63,179 bases of DNA, filler included, from Vezdaea acicularis (GCA_026025075.1; 3 parts of 3 records of this genome joined end to end with filler, not necessarily neighbours in it); one strand, 5' to 3'. Shown: positions 25,030-37,637, numbered from the whole stretch's first letter. Notes: a model not told the origin generated them from the letters alone. Made by a program: numbers and translations.

Positions 25030-26250
25030 TCACGTGGAACCGACCACCTTGGCTCCAAATACACTTCCGAAATTCATGCTCCGCTTGAACTTCAATTGAA
25101 CTTCTGGCTCTGATTGACCTGACGGTGCATCTGTAGTGTCGTGTACGGCTTCCTCGGAGACTGAGGAGGTCTCTGAAAGACATTGGGTGAGTTTCTTGGC
25201 CTCTTCAAGCAACTTCGAATCGAGCACGCTTAGAAAAGTCGAATCATGGGCCTCTTCATTGAGTAATCCCAGCGGTGCTATTAGTTCTGGCTCGCCACTG
25301 GGCTGCACATCGGTATCGTGATTAGCCATGGGTTCGAGTTGAGGTGGGGGAGCCGCGATGGAAGCGCGGTGTTTTGCCGCTTTCTGCGTAGGTGTCGCCT
25401 GCCCACTATCCTCAAGACTAAAAACAGAGGCATTTGGGGTATGTCCCGCGTGTTTTGTGAGCATCGGGTTGTGTGGAGATAGAGAGTTTCCACCACCATT
25501 CGTGGCTTTAGCGCCACGAGAAGGAGACGGGGAAGGAGATCGCATCGGTGATGGTGAGCGAATTTGAGCAACGATAGCAGGAGGTACAGCGGACGGCTTT
25601 AAGGTGATGCCATCAAGGTCTTTCTGCACTAGCGAGATATCGATACCAGGCCCCTGATTTCTACTCTCGGGCGGGGAGAATTTCTGAGGTGATGAATGCG
25701 ATGAATGCGACTCAAATGATCTTGAAGCCACTGATCCCGCCCGAGACGACGAACCCTCCCAGAAACGATCCTCGCTATTTGTACCGCTTGATTGCCTAGA
25801 GCGAGTCGGATCGTTGGGTAGCAGTCCGAAAGAGTTCCCTTGCGCTTGTATCATCACTGTATCCATCTGGCGGGATAGAGCGCTTTCCAGCTCCTGCACT
25901 CGATCATACAACCCCTTTCGCTCCGTCTCCCACAAACTCCTCTCTTGATTGAAAAGCGACCGTTCTTGCTCAAAAAGCAGACGTTGCCTTTCCATCAACA
26001 CGCGCGACTGAACGATGTACTCGTCCATGGGTGATGTTAGAGTGGCTCGTGGCGAGACATGGTTGGTGGAGACTAGCTGATATTCAGGCGGTTCTTGGGC
26101 TCGACCTCGATCTGGGGATGCGTAGGGTGATCTGGAAGTCGTCGCCATCATATGGCCATTTGAAGAGGTTGTAGGAGATATCATGGTGTCCGGCGCGAGA
26201 GAGTCGGCGGGAAACTTGAAGGCAGGAAGTTCTTCCCTTAATGAAGCCAT
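25030..26250 (-). CDS. Hypothetical protein with N-terminal coiled coil
   Basis: 406-aa intronless ORF; heptad segment MERQRLLFEQERSLFNQERSLWETERKGLYDRVQELE; C-terminal LKFKRSMNFGS. Confidence 0.8.
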   Translation of the reverse strand: MASLREELPAFKFPADSLAPDTMISPTTSSNGHMMATTSRSPYASPDRGRAQEPPEYQLVSTNHVSPRATLTSPMDEYIVQSRVLMERQRLLFEQERSLFNQERSLWETERKGLYDRVQELESALSRQMDTVMIQAQGNSFGLLPNDPTRSRQSSGTNSEDRFWEGSSSRAGSVASRSFESHSSHSSPQKFSPPESRNQGPGIDISLVQKDLDGITLKPSAVPPAIVAQIRSPSPMRSPSPSPSRGAKATNGGGNSLSPHNPMLTKHAGHTPNASVFSLEDSGQATPTQKAAKHRASIAAPPPQLEPMANHDTDVQPSGEPELIAPLGLLNEEAHDSTFLSVLDSKLLEEAKKLTQCLSETSSVSEEAVHDTTDAPSGQSEPEVQLKFKRSMNFGSVFGAKVVGST

Positions 26251-27199
26251 GACGCTATCTGAATGAACGGTCCGATCCGAGTTAGCTACCAGCCACGTAC
26301 TTATAAGTGAGTTGAGTCGAGCCGTGAGAGGTCATAGGTACAGTACAAGTGTAGACTGATGCATGATTCGACGGAGGAATGGGATATGCAAATGGCAGCC
26401 TGCCACAAATCGCGTTGGTGCACGCGACCGAACGAGCTGCGTGGCGTGGAGACTGCCTCTCGTAACGCCTGGAAGAAAAAGTCGAGGCCTCGCTAACACC
26501 GAGATTCAGCCATGGGTGACAAAAGACTTCAGAGCGAAGAGTCAGGATAGACTGCAAAGATATGGGAAGTTGCTGATCAGAAAGGGAAGTCAACCAGGGC
26601 CTTGCATGGAAGAGGTCTTTGCAGATATTATCGGGGGTATGGCGATGAGGCGGAGAACAACTGCGTCAGGGTCAGGGGCAGAGATCTTCTCCGATAGTGT
26701 TTTCGGTCGGGGTGCAATGCTGCTGACGTCGCTAGTCTCAACCCGCAGACCACCTCACTGGATGGTCGCTTGTGTGGATTGGGGAAAGGCTGGCACCCAT
26801 CCGCAGCGGTCAGGCCAAGCGTGCCGGGGACACGTCGATGTTCCGATTTGTTACCCTGTCGCCCGCGTATTTCCTCCGATCCGCTGGGCCGCCCTTTGCA
26901 CCAATCAAAATCCGTCAGATAATCCGGCATCTGCGTCCCCGGACAGAATGCATCAATACCACATGGTAAAACCAGCTGTCTCTACGTCCTAGTAAGGTCC
27001 CCCAGAACTATGTGAGAAGTTCTTGTATGCCGAGCCAGAGCTTGCTGAAAGCCTTCTTCAATTGCACCACAGGTGATTTAGGGCTGCGTGATCTTGCTCT
27101 TGAGTCAAAGCGCACAAAAAGGCATCACACTTGGGGTGATGCCTAGTCGGCAACCAAAAGAACCTTTATTCAAATCTATGGATACAATGCACGATCGTC

Positions 27200-28517
27200 T
27201 CACCCTCTCCGATAAACGCCGAGTCCCCAAGCAGCCCTAAGAACAGCCAGACCCCATGCCATACCTAAAGAATCCCACAGGACGTTGAGTTTGCTGCCCT
27301 TCACTTCTTTCCAGCCAACAGCAACCTCGCAGACGGGAATGCTGGCACTCTCGGCGAGCATTAGCATCTCGACGTCGAATATCCATCCTTCAGAGTGCAT
27401 GTATGGTATTATGTCTGGTAGAGACGCCCTCGAAAACAGCTTGAAGCCGCATTGCGTGTCTTTAATCGCAGCCGTAGCAGGAGGTGTTAAGAATCGAAGA
27501 AAGAGATGAAAGGAGTGCATTAGGAGATTCCGCAAGAGTGAACGCTATGAAACCGTCGTTAGGTGAGACCTAGCTTGAAGAGATGAGAGCTTACCTGGAC
27601 CACCGCCTGGCTTCCGACAAGGTGTGCCCTACTACCGACAGCGACACCTCTACCTTTGCTATCCTCAACCTTCTTACACCCAGTCACTAGCTTTCCGAGA
27701 TCAGAAAACGTGCTTGCCCCATCCGCGTCAGCGAAGACTGCGTATTGTCCACGAACATGCCTCATGCCGTGTGTGACAGCACCTCCTTTGCCTCTGTTTT
27801 CCCTTAAAGATACAACGCGTATTAAACCTGGCGAAAGCTTACGACTCTTTGCAAACTCCAATGCAGTTGTCGTTGTGCCATCGGTGGAGCCGTCGGACAC
27901 CACTAACACTTCCCATCCCTGTATTAAGGGTTTTGGTGAAGGAGCATGGGGGTGCGCATGCCCATTAGAACTCTTCTTCTTGCCACTAGCCGTCTTCGTG
28001 GCGGCTCCGTTCTGTTTGTTCTGCGCATGGAACTGCAGTTCTCGAAAATCGCTCTCTAGGTAGTCCACAGCGTCTTCCAGCATGTTGGTCAGCCGCTCCT
28101 CTTCATTATAAGCTGGCACCACAATGCTGATGCCCACTTCGGGTTTCTCCATGTGTAGTGTCCGACCGGAGAAGTCATCTTTCCGGCGTGCGTTCTTGCT
28201 CTGCGCATTGTGCGTTTCCAACCAACACGGCAGCTTTGATGGGGTGCTTGGCCGTCCGTCGGATAGGTTCGTAACGTAAGTTTTCTCAGAGGCAAGGGGA
28301 GCACGCGGAATTGGAGCGGCGATGAATAGGAAGAGATAGAACTGCTCTATTAGCTCTTCACGTTGGAGCGCCTACGAGAACAGAACGGGGCACTCACGAC
28401 AGACGCGAATCCCAGCAGAGTAGTCACCGCCAGCAGCACTACCAGCGAGAGTGGCGCAATCTTGCATTGTTGAATGAGCAGCTCAATGAATGAAGTTGCT
28501 CCATTCAGCAGGCTCAT
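27200..28517 (-). CDS. ALG5: Dolichyl-phosphate beta-glucosyltransferase; introns 28342-28397 and 27545-27594
   Basis: SIVVPAYNEEERL, VVSDGSTDGT, NRGKGGAV, FADADGAS, DTQCGFKLF, WIFDVEML; N-terminal TM. Confidence 0.93.
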
Positions 28518-29023
28518 CTTGGCAGTGATGGGAGGTATGCGACCCTCAAACAGCACGGCAGTCGCACTCTTGGGTGTCTTCTTAAGCGAGCTTTTGGGCA
28601 GAGGCCACTTTTCACCACACGCGACAATTGACTTACCAACTTATTCCCGCTTGTGCGTATTAGGTTATTATGCCTCTGAGTTCATGAGTCTATCGCCCTC
28701 TCCCTCCGACCACCTTTCAACTGCTGTTGCGAATATCATTTTGTAGAACACCAAAGGATCTTAGGTTGTTAATGAGGCAATACACGGTACAGCAACCTCT
28801 ATAAGTACCGGAGGGCTACTGTAGACCGCCTGCGCTATCGATCTCGCGCTGCTTTAGACCGGTGTGACACCACCGCAAGGACCACATACATGTAATACCG
28901 CTCGGTATACGAGACTCGGTATTCAAGGGATATTTGTTGACACCTATCGAGTTTTTAGGTTTTGTTACAGAAATTTCGATGCATTAGAGATCAGTTGACA
29001 AGCTCAATACGCTACTTGTAAAT

Positions 29024-29289
29024 CGAAGCTGTGGACAAAATTGATGGCGCATTAAATGGGGGTTCACCCGTAGCTAAATGCTTCACACATAAAACGACCC
29101 GGGCAGGCCGCGGATACAAACTGTAGTATAAAGAATCTTACAAGAGTAACGACGTAGTACCGTTGAGCTAACACTAAGAATAATCATCGTTGATTGCCAA
29201 CGATCTCGAAACTGCTGAAAGTAACGCATGCCGATGGGTAAACATGCCCAACATTCGCTTGTGCGCTATCAACTTTGTCCCCCGCTTTG
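29024..29289 (-). mobile_element. MITE copy 2 (266 bp, degenerate TIRs, TSD AAT)
   Basis: Reverse-complement homolog of 3578-3849; ends CGAAGCTGTGGACAAAATTGATGGCGCAT.. and ..GCGCTATCAACTTTGTCCCCCGCTTTG; AAT on both flanks. Confidence 0.85.
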
Positions 29290-29460
29290 AATTGGGTATA
29301 ATGCTGCTTCCCTCCTGAACGGCAAGCCATCTCTAAACAAGTGTCTGAAGAGCACTTGGCGTTTTTCGTATGTGTATCAGCTAGCTCCATCAACGAAAAG
29401 GCGAAAGGCTAGGGAAAGTACGGTATGCCATAAAGACATCATGACGCAGTTCAGCCATAG

Positions 29461-29945
29461 ATGGAAAGGTAGACGGCGGGCCAATCAACGTCCACCATGA
29501 AACGGGAGTAGAAGGCTGGCTAAACAACGCCCACCCTGAAAGGAGAGTAGAAGGCTGGCCAATCACCGCACGAAAGCTACCTAAAAAAGGGAGTAGACGG
29601 CTGGCTTATCAACGTTTCAAAGAACACGCTAAATGGCGAGTAGACGAGCGGCCAGTCAACGCCCACCCTGGAAAGGGAGTAGACGGCGGGCCAGTCGGCG
29701 CCCACCCTGGAAAGGGAGTAGATGGCGGGCCAGGCAACGCCCACCCTGAAAGGGGAGTAGAAGGCTGGCCAATCACCGCACGAAAGCTACCCAAAAAGGG
29801 GAGTAGACGGGCTGGCTTATGAACGTCGCTAAGAGCATGCCAAACGGCGAGTAGACGGCTGGCTTATGAACGTCGTTATGAGCACGCCAAATGGCAGGTA
29901 CACGTGCCGCTAGTCAACGCCCACCCTGAAGAGGGAGTAGACCGG
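29461..29945 (+). repeat. Minisatellite of mixed 39-bp and ~46-48-bp units
   Basis: Recurrent GGAGTAGAYGGC(G/T)GGCC..CAACGCCCACCCTG(G/A)AA; about 11 units. Confidence 0.85.
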
Positions 29946-31392
29946 CCCCGCGTGCACGGTCGGATCACGCCTCTGGATTGCTGGCGTGCTTGACTCGGCT
30001 CATTCCTGCGACGGCAAACGGCTCCGCTACCGCCGGTACATCCTTAGAGCAACGGAAAACTGCTCAAGGGTGTGTCGCTTAATGACGCGTGAATGAATTA
30101 TAGATCTTTCAATGGACTAGGTTTAGACCTAGATCTGTGCGCTTCCACATTCGATCGCCCCTCATGAGCTCCACTTGGAGCTCAAGTACGCCCCAGTCTT
30201 ACCCATCCTGATTTTTAAAGCTAATCCTAAATGGACCTACTAGGGCTAAGTCACATAGCAGGTGGTAGATTTCTTTCCTTGGACATGCTTCTATGAAAAA
30301 CCTATAAAGCAGGGCATAGGAGGCTTAGCTCTTTCATGTCCGTCTCTGACCTCTCTTGCTACTATTATCCACCTTCTATCCTTTCTATCATTTGACAGTC
30401 ATATTCCTTCTTGGTTGAGTTGTATGATCCGTTGCATCTTTCGGGTCAAGATGATTGTCCCCCTCAATGGTTCCGAACCTTGCTATCCAAATTCAGATAG
30501 CAACACGCAAACAGCTTTCTCGATCATACAAGCAATCACAGCTGTCGCCGCTCTACTCTTTACACTATCTTTTGGTATTATTGCTGCATGGCAAGGCCGG
30601 TATCTGCGGGAGGCCATTGTCGAAGCTGTTCACGAGTTCAGAGAAAGACCAGTCTCATGCGCACGCAGTACGCTGTCTTCCTTTGTCATGCATAAATAAT
30701 GCTTGGCCCGAATCGAAGATCTTCTAACTCTATGCCTAGTTCTCAGCGATAGTTTTGCTTTACTCTTCTTTGGATCGGAACGGCACAGAAGATTTGAAGT
30801 TCTCAACACAGTCGACCCTCAAGATCTCTAACATTATTTCCGACAAGGGTACATTCTACTCTCATCGAAAGGAGCATGCAGTACGCATGAATGACTATGC
30901 AGACACAACGCCAACTATAATACTAATAGTCATGAATCAAGACGTATTTCTATCCAAGCGTAACCTGGGTACCGGGTTGCCTATCTAGTGGAATGTTTCC
31001 CGTCTTCGGGCTTGCCAATCGATGTCAAAGTCAATCCCCTTCCAAAAGGACCTAAGCGTTAGGTATATGTATCATCAGCTTTCTCTTTGATAGGGGTGTT
31101 CAACAGCTGCAAGAAATCTTTAATACAATGGGAAGGTCAAGGGGATAGGGTGGAGCTTTCAAACTGTCACGAACACCTTTTTGTCATACAGCATCTTTTT
31201 TACCACAAATCGGACCTCGTCCTCTTCCCGGAGAGTAGCTTAGCATCAATGAATGAAAAATTTGGTTCCTTTGAGGCTTGACGGGTTGCACGCAGTTCTT
31301 GGTATGTCGTTAAAAATAACACATTCAGAACAAGACATCCTCGGGTTTGATCAAGCCTCGATATGCTGGATAGAGCAAGGCAGCCTTTGCTT

Positions 31393-31607
31393 TGCTTGGT
31401 AGAAACCCTAGGTGCAGCATCTTCATGCAACACGATTTTCTCGCGGCTTACGACCTCACTCGGCACGAAGATACCATTCACAATGCGCGCAAGCGAAAGG
31501 TCCGATGCCATGTCTGCACCGAAGAGAAGACATTCTCGCGCAACGACGCCCTGACCAGGCGTATGCGCGTCGTCCATCCAGACTTCGACTTTCCAAGCAA
31601 CATATGA
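31393..31607 (+). pseudogene. RPN4: Fragment of an RPN4-like C2H2 transcription factor (frameshifted)
   Basis: CNTIFSR / 1-nt deletion / YDLTRHEDTIHNARKRKVRCHVCTEEKTFSRNDALTRRMRVVHP matches the Pezizomycotina Rpn4 zinc fingers as I recall them; a Zn-ligand His is replaced by Arg. Confidence 0.75.
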
Positions 31608-32729
31608 AGACATGAACAGATTGGAGGTAAGACAAGACCGTGCCATCTATCTATCTATCTCACGCCCTTTAGAGCCCCTCGATTCGAATACAGCCTAGCG
31701 TTCTCGTTTGTGCAGTCGTGCGACACGTATGGGAGAAATCTAAGCGTGGCATTTTTGTCCACCTAGCACGCTGGTGATCTGAGCATCGCACGAGTGTCAA
31801 AGCTGCCCTGAAGGAAGTAGAACCAGCTTCCCAAAAAGCTCGGACCGCAGTATGCTTGTGACAGCACACTCCAGGATCATTCGTGAGGCTGCCAAGGCAT
31901 GCTCAGTATGTGATGGATCTCTTGACGTCTAATGGATCTTTGACAAGGGATGAGACGTTGCTACACCCTCTTCCTTTAACGTTCGTCTCCGATACGATAC
32001 GCTACACCTACTCAAATGCTTTTTTGACATACAACTTTGAGCAGCAGTCACAGAAAGGCTCTAGTGACCTAGGGTAAGCTGGAGAAGAGACATCTCAGAG
32101 CAGAGTCATTATCATTTCGTATTTAGCCTTTCCTATTTTTTTCAAGTCTCGCCAGAAAATAAACGGTCAGCTAGAAAGTTCACCGAAAGAATAGCGGGGA
32201 CGGGATTGAGAGAAAAAGGACGCAGTAGAAGGAGCTGGTATGAGGAAAGGCTTGCACGGGCCAGAAGAAAGACGCTGCTTGGACGGATAAGGTATGGCCG
32301 TAAGGGTCACATCATCAACCCACGGAGCACAATCCCCCGGTACCTTGGCGGCCTTTATCAAAGGAGGAAGTGATGTCTACCAGGGGTCACCATTGCAGGT
32401 AGATGATTCTGACTACGGGAAGAGAGTAGATCCAAGCGTCTTCCCCCCTTTTCAAGCCTTGCGCATGTTGCGAAAGATCCGAAAGCTAATCATTGCACAG
32501 CTCAAAGGCTGGCTTGGAAGTCCCGCAACCCAAGGACTGAAAGTTGAAATGACGTATGCTGAAACAGGTCCCGACCTGAGTACGGTTCTGCTCAACATAC
32601 AAACTGTAATGCTCTCATCCCACCTTCAGTAGCTTGATGGGAGACACTGTTTCGAAGAAAGCGTACTATTTCTGGCTCATCCTACGGCGAAAAGTGCCCC
32701 CCAATTAAGGGCTATCGCCATAGCTCTAC

Positions 32730-33001
32730 CGAAGCAGTTAACAAAATTGATGGCGCATAAGCGAATAGTGGGCATGTTTACCCAACAGTATGCGTTACTT
32801 TCAGCAGTTCCGAGATCGTCGCAATTGATGATAGTTATTCCTAGTATCAGCTCGATAGTACTACGCCTTTAATCCTGTTGGACTATCATGCTGCCGGCTA
32901 TGCCCACGGCCTGGCAGGGCTGGTTTGTGCCTTCGACTGCGGAGCGATTAGCTACGGGGGAACCTCCGTTTAATGCGCCATCAATTTTGTCCACTACTTC
33001 G
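32730..33001 (+). mobile_element. MITE copy 3 (272 bp, TSD TAC)
   Basis: Colinear homolog of 3578-3849; TIRs CGAAGCAGTTAACAAAATTGATGGCGCAT and ATGCGCCATCAATTTTGTCCACTACTTCG; TAC on both flanks. Confidence 0.88.
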
Positions 33002-34359
33002 TACCCATCCAAGTGAGCTCTCACTGCCCCAGGTACTCGCCTCATAGCTGCTTGGTAGGGCCGACACCTGCGAGAAACAGTTCCTGAGGCACTACACGCG
33101 CTTCATGAATGCCTACTAATCTTTGACAAACTTCATCTGGAGCAAACTTTCTCCCTTGCAATTACGAGTAGGTTTTTCAGGACATAGCTCGAAAGGCCGT
33201 CGCGGGCGTCATTGCACCACCCCCTATGTACGACACAGGCATAGTCAGCATCGTCTAAATACAAGACTACGCGAAAACTGAGAGCAATCCTGTTGAACTG
33301 CTCACTGAACTGCACCGGAAAGAACGCGAGGTCCATCTTGTCAAAGGAGGGTTTGCAGGTCAACATATCAACGTCCGTCATCCTTACTTTGGAATGGCAC
33401 ACCAGAAGACCCTCTTGTCGTACAGCTTGGTCCCGTTTACTCGCAGGCTAGAGACCACTCGAGAGAATGTACCCTCAAATGAACTCTAGCCGACGCTTTT
33501 ACGCATGGAGAGACGACCATCCCACGAATGGTCAAGACGGCGCCAGCCCCTGAACTTACAAGGTTCTCGCAACGAGCTTCATCACACATCCTACACGTAT
33601 CTTATTATATAAGGAATCGTTCAAATCATTCTTGTGTGGACTTTTAAATGCTCCCCTCCACAAATGCTCCTCTCTACCTCAAGCTCTTCAGTTGCGGCCC
33701 CCAGGTCAAGATTTGCTAGTTTCCTATCCATCGCGCCCAATCCATCTGTCGCGCCCTTATAACCCGTGTGAGCGAGCTCACAGGAACGATCCCCAGGACT
33801 GGCTGGTATGGTAAGATGATCACGCCGGTCAGGGAATACGTGACATCCTCCAGCCCGCCCAAGCTCAGCCTGCCATTAGAGTGTATTACGACTCCATCGG
33901 CAAACATGTCCTGTCGTCCAACTACCGTAGGTTGCTACGATAGTATATACCGTCGGGCGGTAGTGGGCTAGAAAATATCTCGTAGAAAAGGACGCGACGT
34001 GTCTCAACCTGGAGACGTCGCTTGCAACATGAACCTCCATCGCCTTGGTACCTCATCTCCTGGTCTTCCGTATCCTCACCGTAGAGATAAGTGGACAAGT
34101 ATTCCCGCTCTCACGCAATTCAATTCCTTTGATCTAGGTAGGGTTGGCATCTGTCAAACGGACTCGTACGACGTCAAGTAACAGGAAAGAAAATGTTCAC
34201 CGCACACGTAGGCTAGGGCACGAAAGTTACCTTTTTGATCGGATCGGGTCCGCAGTATAGCAGACCGGACTGCATCCTGACTGGTTTTGCCCAGTCAGGA
34301 GGGACTCTGCTATACTCTAGCGGAGCTTTCACCGATCGAGGTAACTTTCGTGCCCCTGG

Positions 34360-37300
34360 TTATGGATCTGCGATAAAGCCTCCTTGTCTGGTAAGGTTAT
34401 GCCCATCCGCTGTGACTATCTTGATGTTCTTGTCTTCGTTTATAGCGAGTCGTATATATTCCAATGCCGCCCGTGCGGCATTTGCCAGAGATGGATTTTT
34501 CATTGCTATTTCCTCTAGCTCCACTCCAACGCTGTTGGGAACAACTACAGGCTCCTCGGCTCTCTCGATAGCATTCCGAAAAGCATCTAGGTCTTTTAGT
34601 AGGAACTCAAGATTGACGATCTGACCCAAGCGTTAGCAGGCTTAAACTAGGCGGAACGCTGGGCGATGCAAGGGGACATACCGGTTTGCTTAGCTTCAGC
34701 TTTTGCTTAGACAACGACCATGCCTGATTATCCATAACCGTCTCGGATTCTGCAAAGTTTAGCGTATTACCTTCAGACAAAAATTGTATACTACTTCCTG
34801 CGTCCAGCTTTTGTGCATCGCGGTTCAACTGAAGTTGACTTGGCTCTTGTGGCTGTAAGTCGAGCATATCATGATCTCCGTCAGGGCCGACGGGTAAAGT
34901 AGTTGACGTATATGGGAATGGGCGGAGCTGGACTACTGAAGTCGGCTGTGCGGCGTATGGTTTCGTAGAGAACAACTTAGTTGCATGATCAAACTCCAAA
35001 TGCCCACGACCCTGTCATTGTCTTAATTCAAGGAGAGGGGCGGAGAAAAAAAGGAAAAAGAGAAAGAGATTACCTCTGAGATTCGAACACCAAGCCAGAG
35101 ATCGCGCACAAGTCGTGGTCTCAAGTTGGAGGGACGCTCCAAGTTCCGTTCCTCGTAATCCACTCTCGACTGACTGAACCAATCTGACGGGAAATACCAT
35201 GCGCTCCAAAGCTGTCCCCAGATTGCAAAGTCTTCAGGAAGAGGGCGGCAAAGTTCTCCCTCTTTCTCTCCCTTTGCATCTTCTTTCGGTCGTGGAAACG
35301 CCTTTCCTTCTATGATAGAAAAATCTAAATCATTCGATCTGGAGATGAAATTGAGATGTGACGCGAGCTCGGCCCATGGCACAAGGTCTCGAACGTATTC
35401 CCATGTACTGTGATCCATGGATATGCTCTTGATGAGGACTAAGGAGACATGTACAAAGGGAAGCACATTGTTATCGCCCAGACGAGACAGCGCTACACTA
35501 AAGGAAGAGAACAAAAGCTTAGCCGCGGAAGGAAACGTGGGCGGAAGGACTGAATCTGAGTCCAACATCTCAACATCTTTTGCTGGTTGCTGCGAAGTCA
35601 CCTCTTGCTTCTGGTCAGGAGGCAGAGTGCTTTGGATAGCAATGCGAAATGGTGATGAAGAGGATCCATATTCAAACAGAGCGCAAGCGTTAGAAACAAC
35701 GATAAAGACACCAAACTCCCTGAAACGAGCGGTTACACGACCGATGTAATTGTCGAGCATGCTGACGAAGCTTTGAATGACATTCTCAACTTGGGAGATT
35801 GAACCATGAAAAAGCATGCCGTGGCATTTGACAAAGGTCCTCTCCACTGGCAACGATCGATAGTCGATAGAGTGCTCCGTCCCATCCAGAATTGGATTGA
35901 TCAGGGTAAGAATACTCTCACGAGTACTTGAGAAAGGGATCTGGCACGTCAACGACCTGGAATAGAAGTAAAGTTGTTGCATTGGATTCCCTCGAGACAA
36001 GATGGCAAGATGGTGCTGCAAACGGCCTTCAGAAGGCTTTTGGTCTCCGGCCTTGGTGTACCATTCGCGGGCAGTGGCAGTCCAGATATCTCTGTCTCTT
36101 GGATCTTCGTCTTCTATAGCCATTCGATAGCGCGCTAAATCGCCCAGACATTCAATCCATGTAGCCTCGAAAGACGGCACGGTCTCGAACAGGAGTGCCA
36201 TTATCGAGTAGGCGAGATAAATGAATTGAAGCATATACTCCAACGATCCAGGGAGTCGATGGCGTAGTAATTCAAGGAAGGAGTGGATCCCATGGCGCCA
36301 CATCCTCGCGGGCATCGCATACTTGCCGGCAAGACGTCGTAAGGAAGGGCTTGCTGAAGGATGTTGACTCGCCAGGAAGAAATCATGGTGCTCGTGTAGG
36401 AGAGTGCGGTGCAGAGCTATGAGTGCTTGAGATTGCTCTTGGGTCAGTTCTGGCAACTTGCCAGGCTCGGCCTCTTGCGCGGCTTTGGTCTGCTTAGCAT
36501 CAACGTCCATACACTTAGCTTCAATCATGACTAGTCCGGCGTAAATGCCCTTAACCTCCGCTACCAACTGCTCCTGGGATATACTCCTCGCCTTGGGCTG
36601 CCGGATGATAGTAGGTAATCTTTGCTCAGGTTCAGATGGGCCAGGGGCAAACGCGCCTCCACGTATCTCCGCCAGGGTGGACCGGCCAGTCTTTGAGGAC
36701 GACCCAATGGCAACATTGTAAGGCAGACCACGATCTATGACAGAGGGGTGGGAATGGCGAGGCGACCGGTGCATTCTATGGATGGGGGAAGGCGTGCCAG
36801 CGGCTACCACACTAGGCGTGTCTGCAGCTGCCACCCCCCCGAGCGAATCACGTGATGGCTCTCCCTCACGACCAGACGGCAGTTTGATTACCAATTGATT
36901 TTCTACTTGGGAGGAGCGCGGTCCTGAGAAGTGGTCAGGCGTTTCAGGCAGCTGTTGGTTCGATCCCTGGCCCTTCACAAGTAACGTGCGTGGCCCAACC
37001 CTTTCTTCCCGGAGAGGTGCAAATTCTGCATCCTCTGACTGTGGCCTGACAAACCCCCGTAGGACCGTCTTATCTCTGGTGCCTCGGTCTCCGGTATTAT
37101 TCTTCATGGAACTGTTGGAACCCTCATCCTCAGGGCCTTGCCACGACATTGGCTCTGTGGCGAATTCATGATGCTGCGCTGCGTTCCTGGAAGTTAATTT
37201 GAGCCGCGGATCAATTTAGAATTGGATTTCATCGATGCCTACAAGCTTTTCGATTCTTTCTGGATTTCTTTAGCCGTCGGAGCTTCGGCTCTTCCGTCTG

Positions 37301-37409
37301 AAGCCCGAGACCTCAAGTGCGCCTTCCGATGCCTCGCCTGCCGTTGATACTGCTCATTCTGCCTCAACTTTTGAACCCAGAGCTTGTCTATATCTTCAGA
37401 TTTGCTCAT
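34360..37409 (-). CDS. Est1/SMG5-7-like protein with a degenerate C-terminal PIN-like domain; introns 37187-37242, 35012-35073, 34621-34681
   Basis: QLVAEVKGIYAGLVMIEAKC, LHEHHDFFLASQHP, WIECLGDLARYRMAIE, GRLQHHLAIL, PLPEDF motifs; all three GT-AG introns restore the frame. Confidence 0.8.
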
Positions 37410-37539
37410 GGTGGGAAAAACGTATGTTTGTAAATATAGGAAGGTTTGCGCGCCACAGCGTTGACCCACTTAGTGGTCGGACGCTTTCTCTGCAGAAGCA
37501 AAGCTGCCGTGATAGTCTTTGAGAACTCGCATCAGCGAG

Positions 37540-37637
37540 CTAGAAGCGAGAAACAGAACTTAGGTGACCGATGAGCCTCACTCTACCGCTCTCTAGAAGC
37601 GAGAAACAGAACTTAGGTGACCGATGAGCCTCACTCT
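37540..37637. repeat. Perfect 45-bp direct repeat (period 53) upstream of the Est1-like gene
   Basis: CTAGAAGCGAGAAACAGAACTTAGGTGACCGATGAGCCTCACTCT at 37540 and 37593. Confidence 0.9.

Noticed and set aside
30262..30988. Short ORFs with one hydrophobic stretch
   Set aside because: No recognisable family or reliable gene model; may be decayed sequence
29024..33001. Composite transposon formed by two MITEs carrying the RPN4 fragment
   Set aside because: Each MITE has its own TSD (AAT and TAC), indicating independent insertions
32167..34181. Possible decayed genes around MITE copy 3
   Set aside because: Fragments could not be assigned to any family by eye; a BLASTX search would be needed
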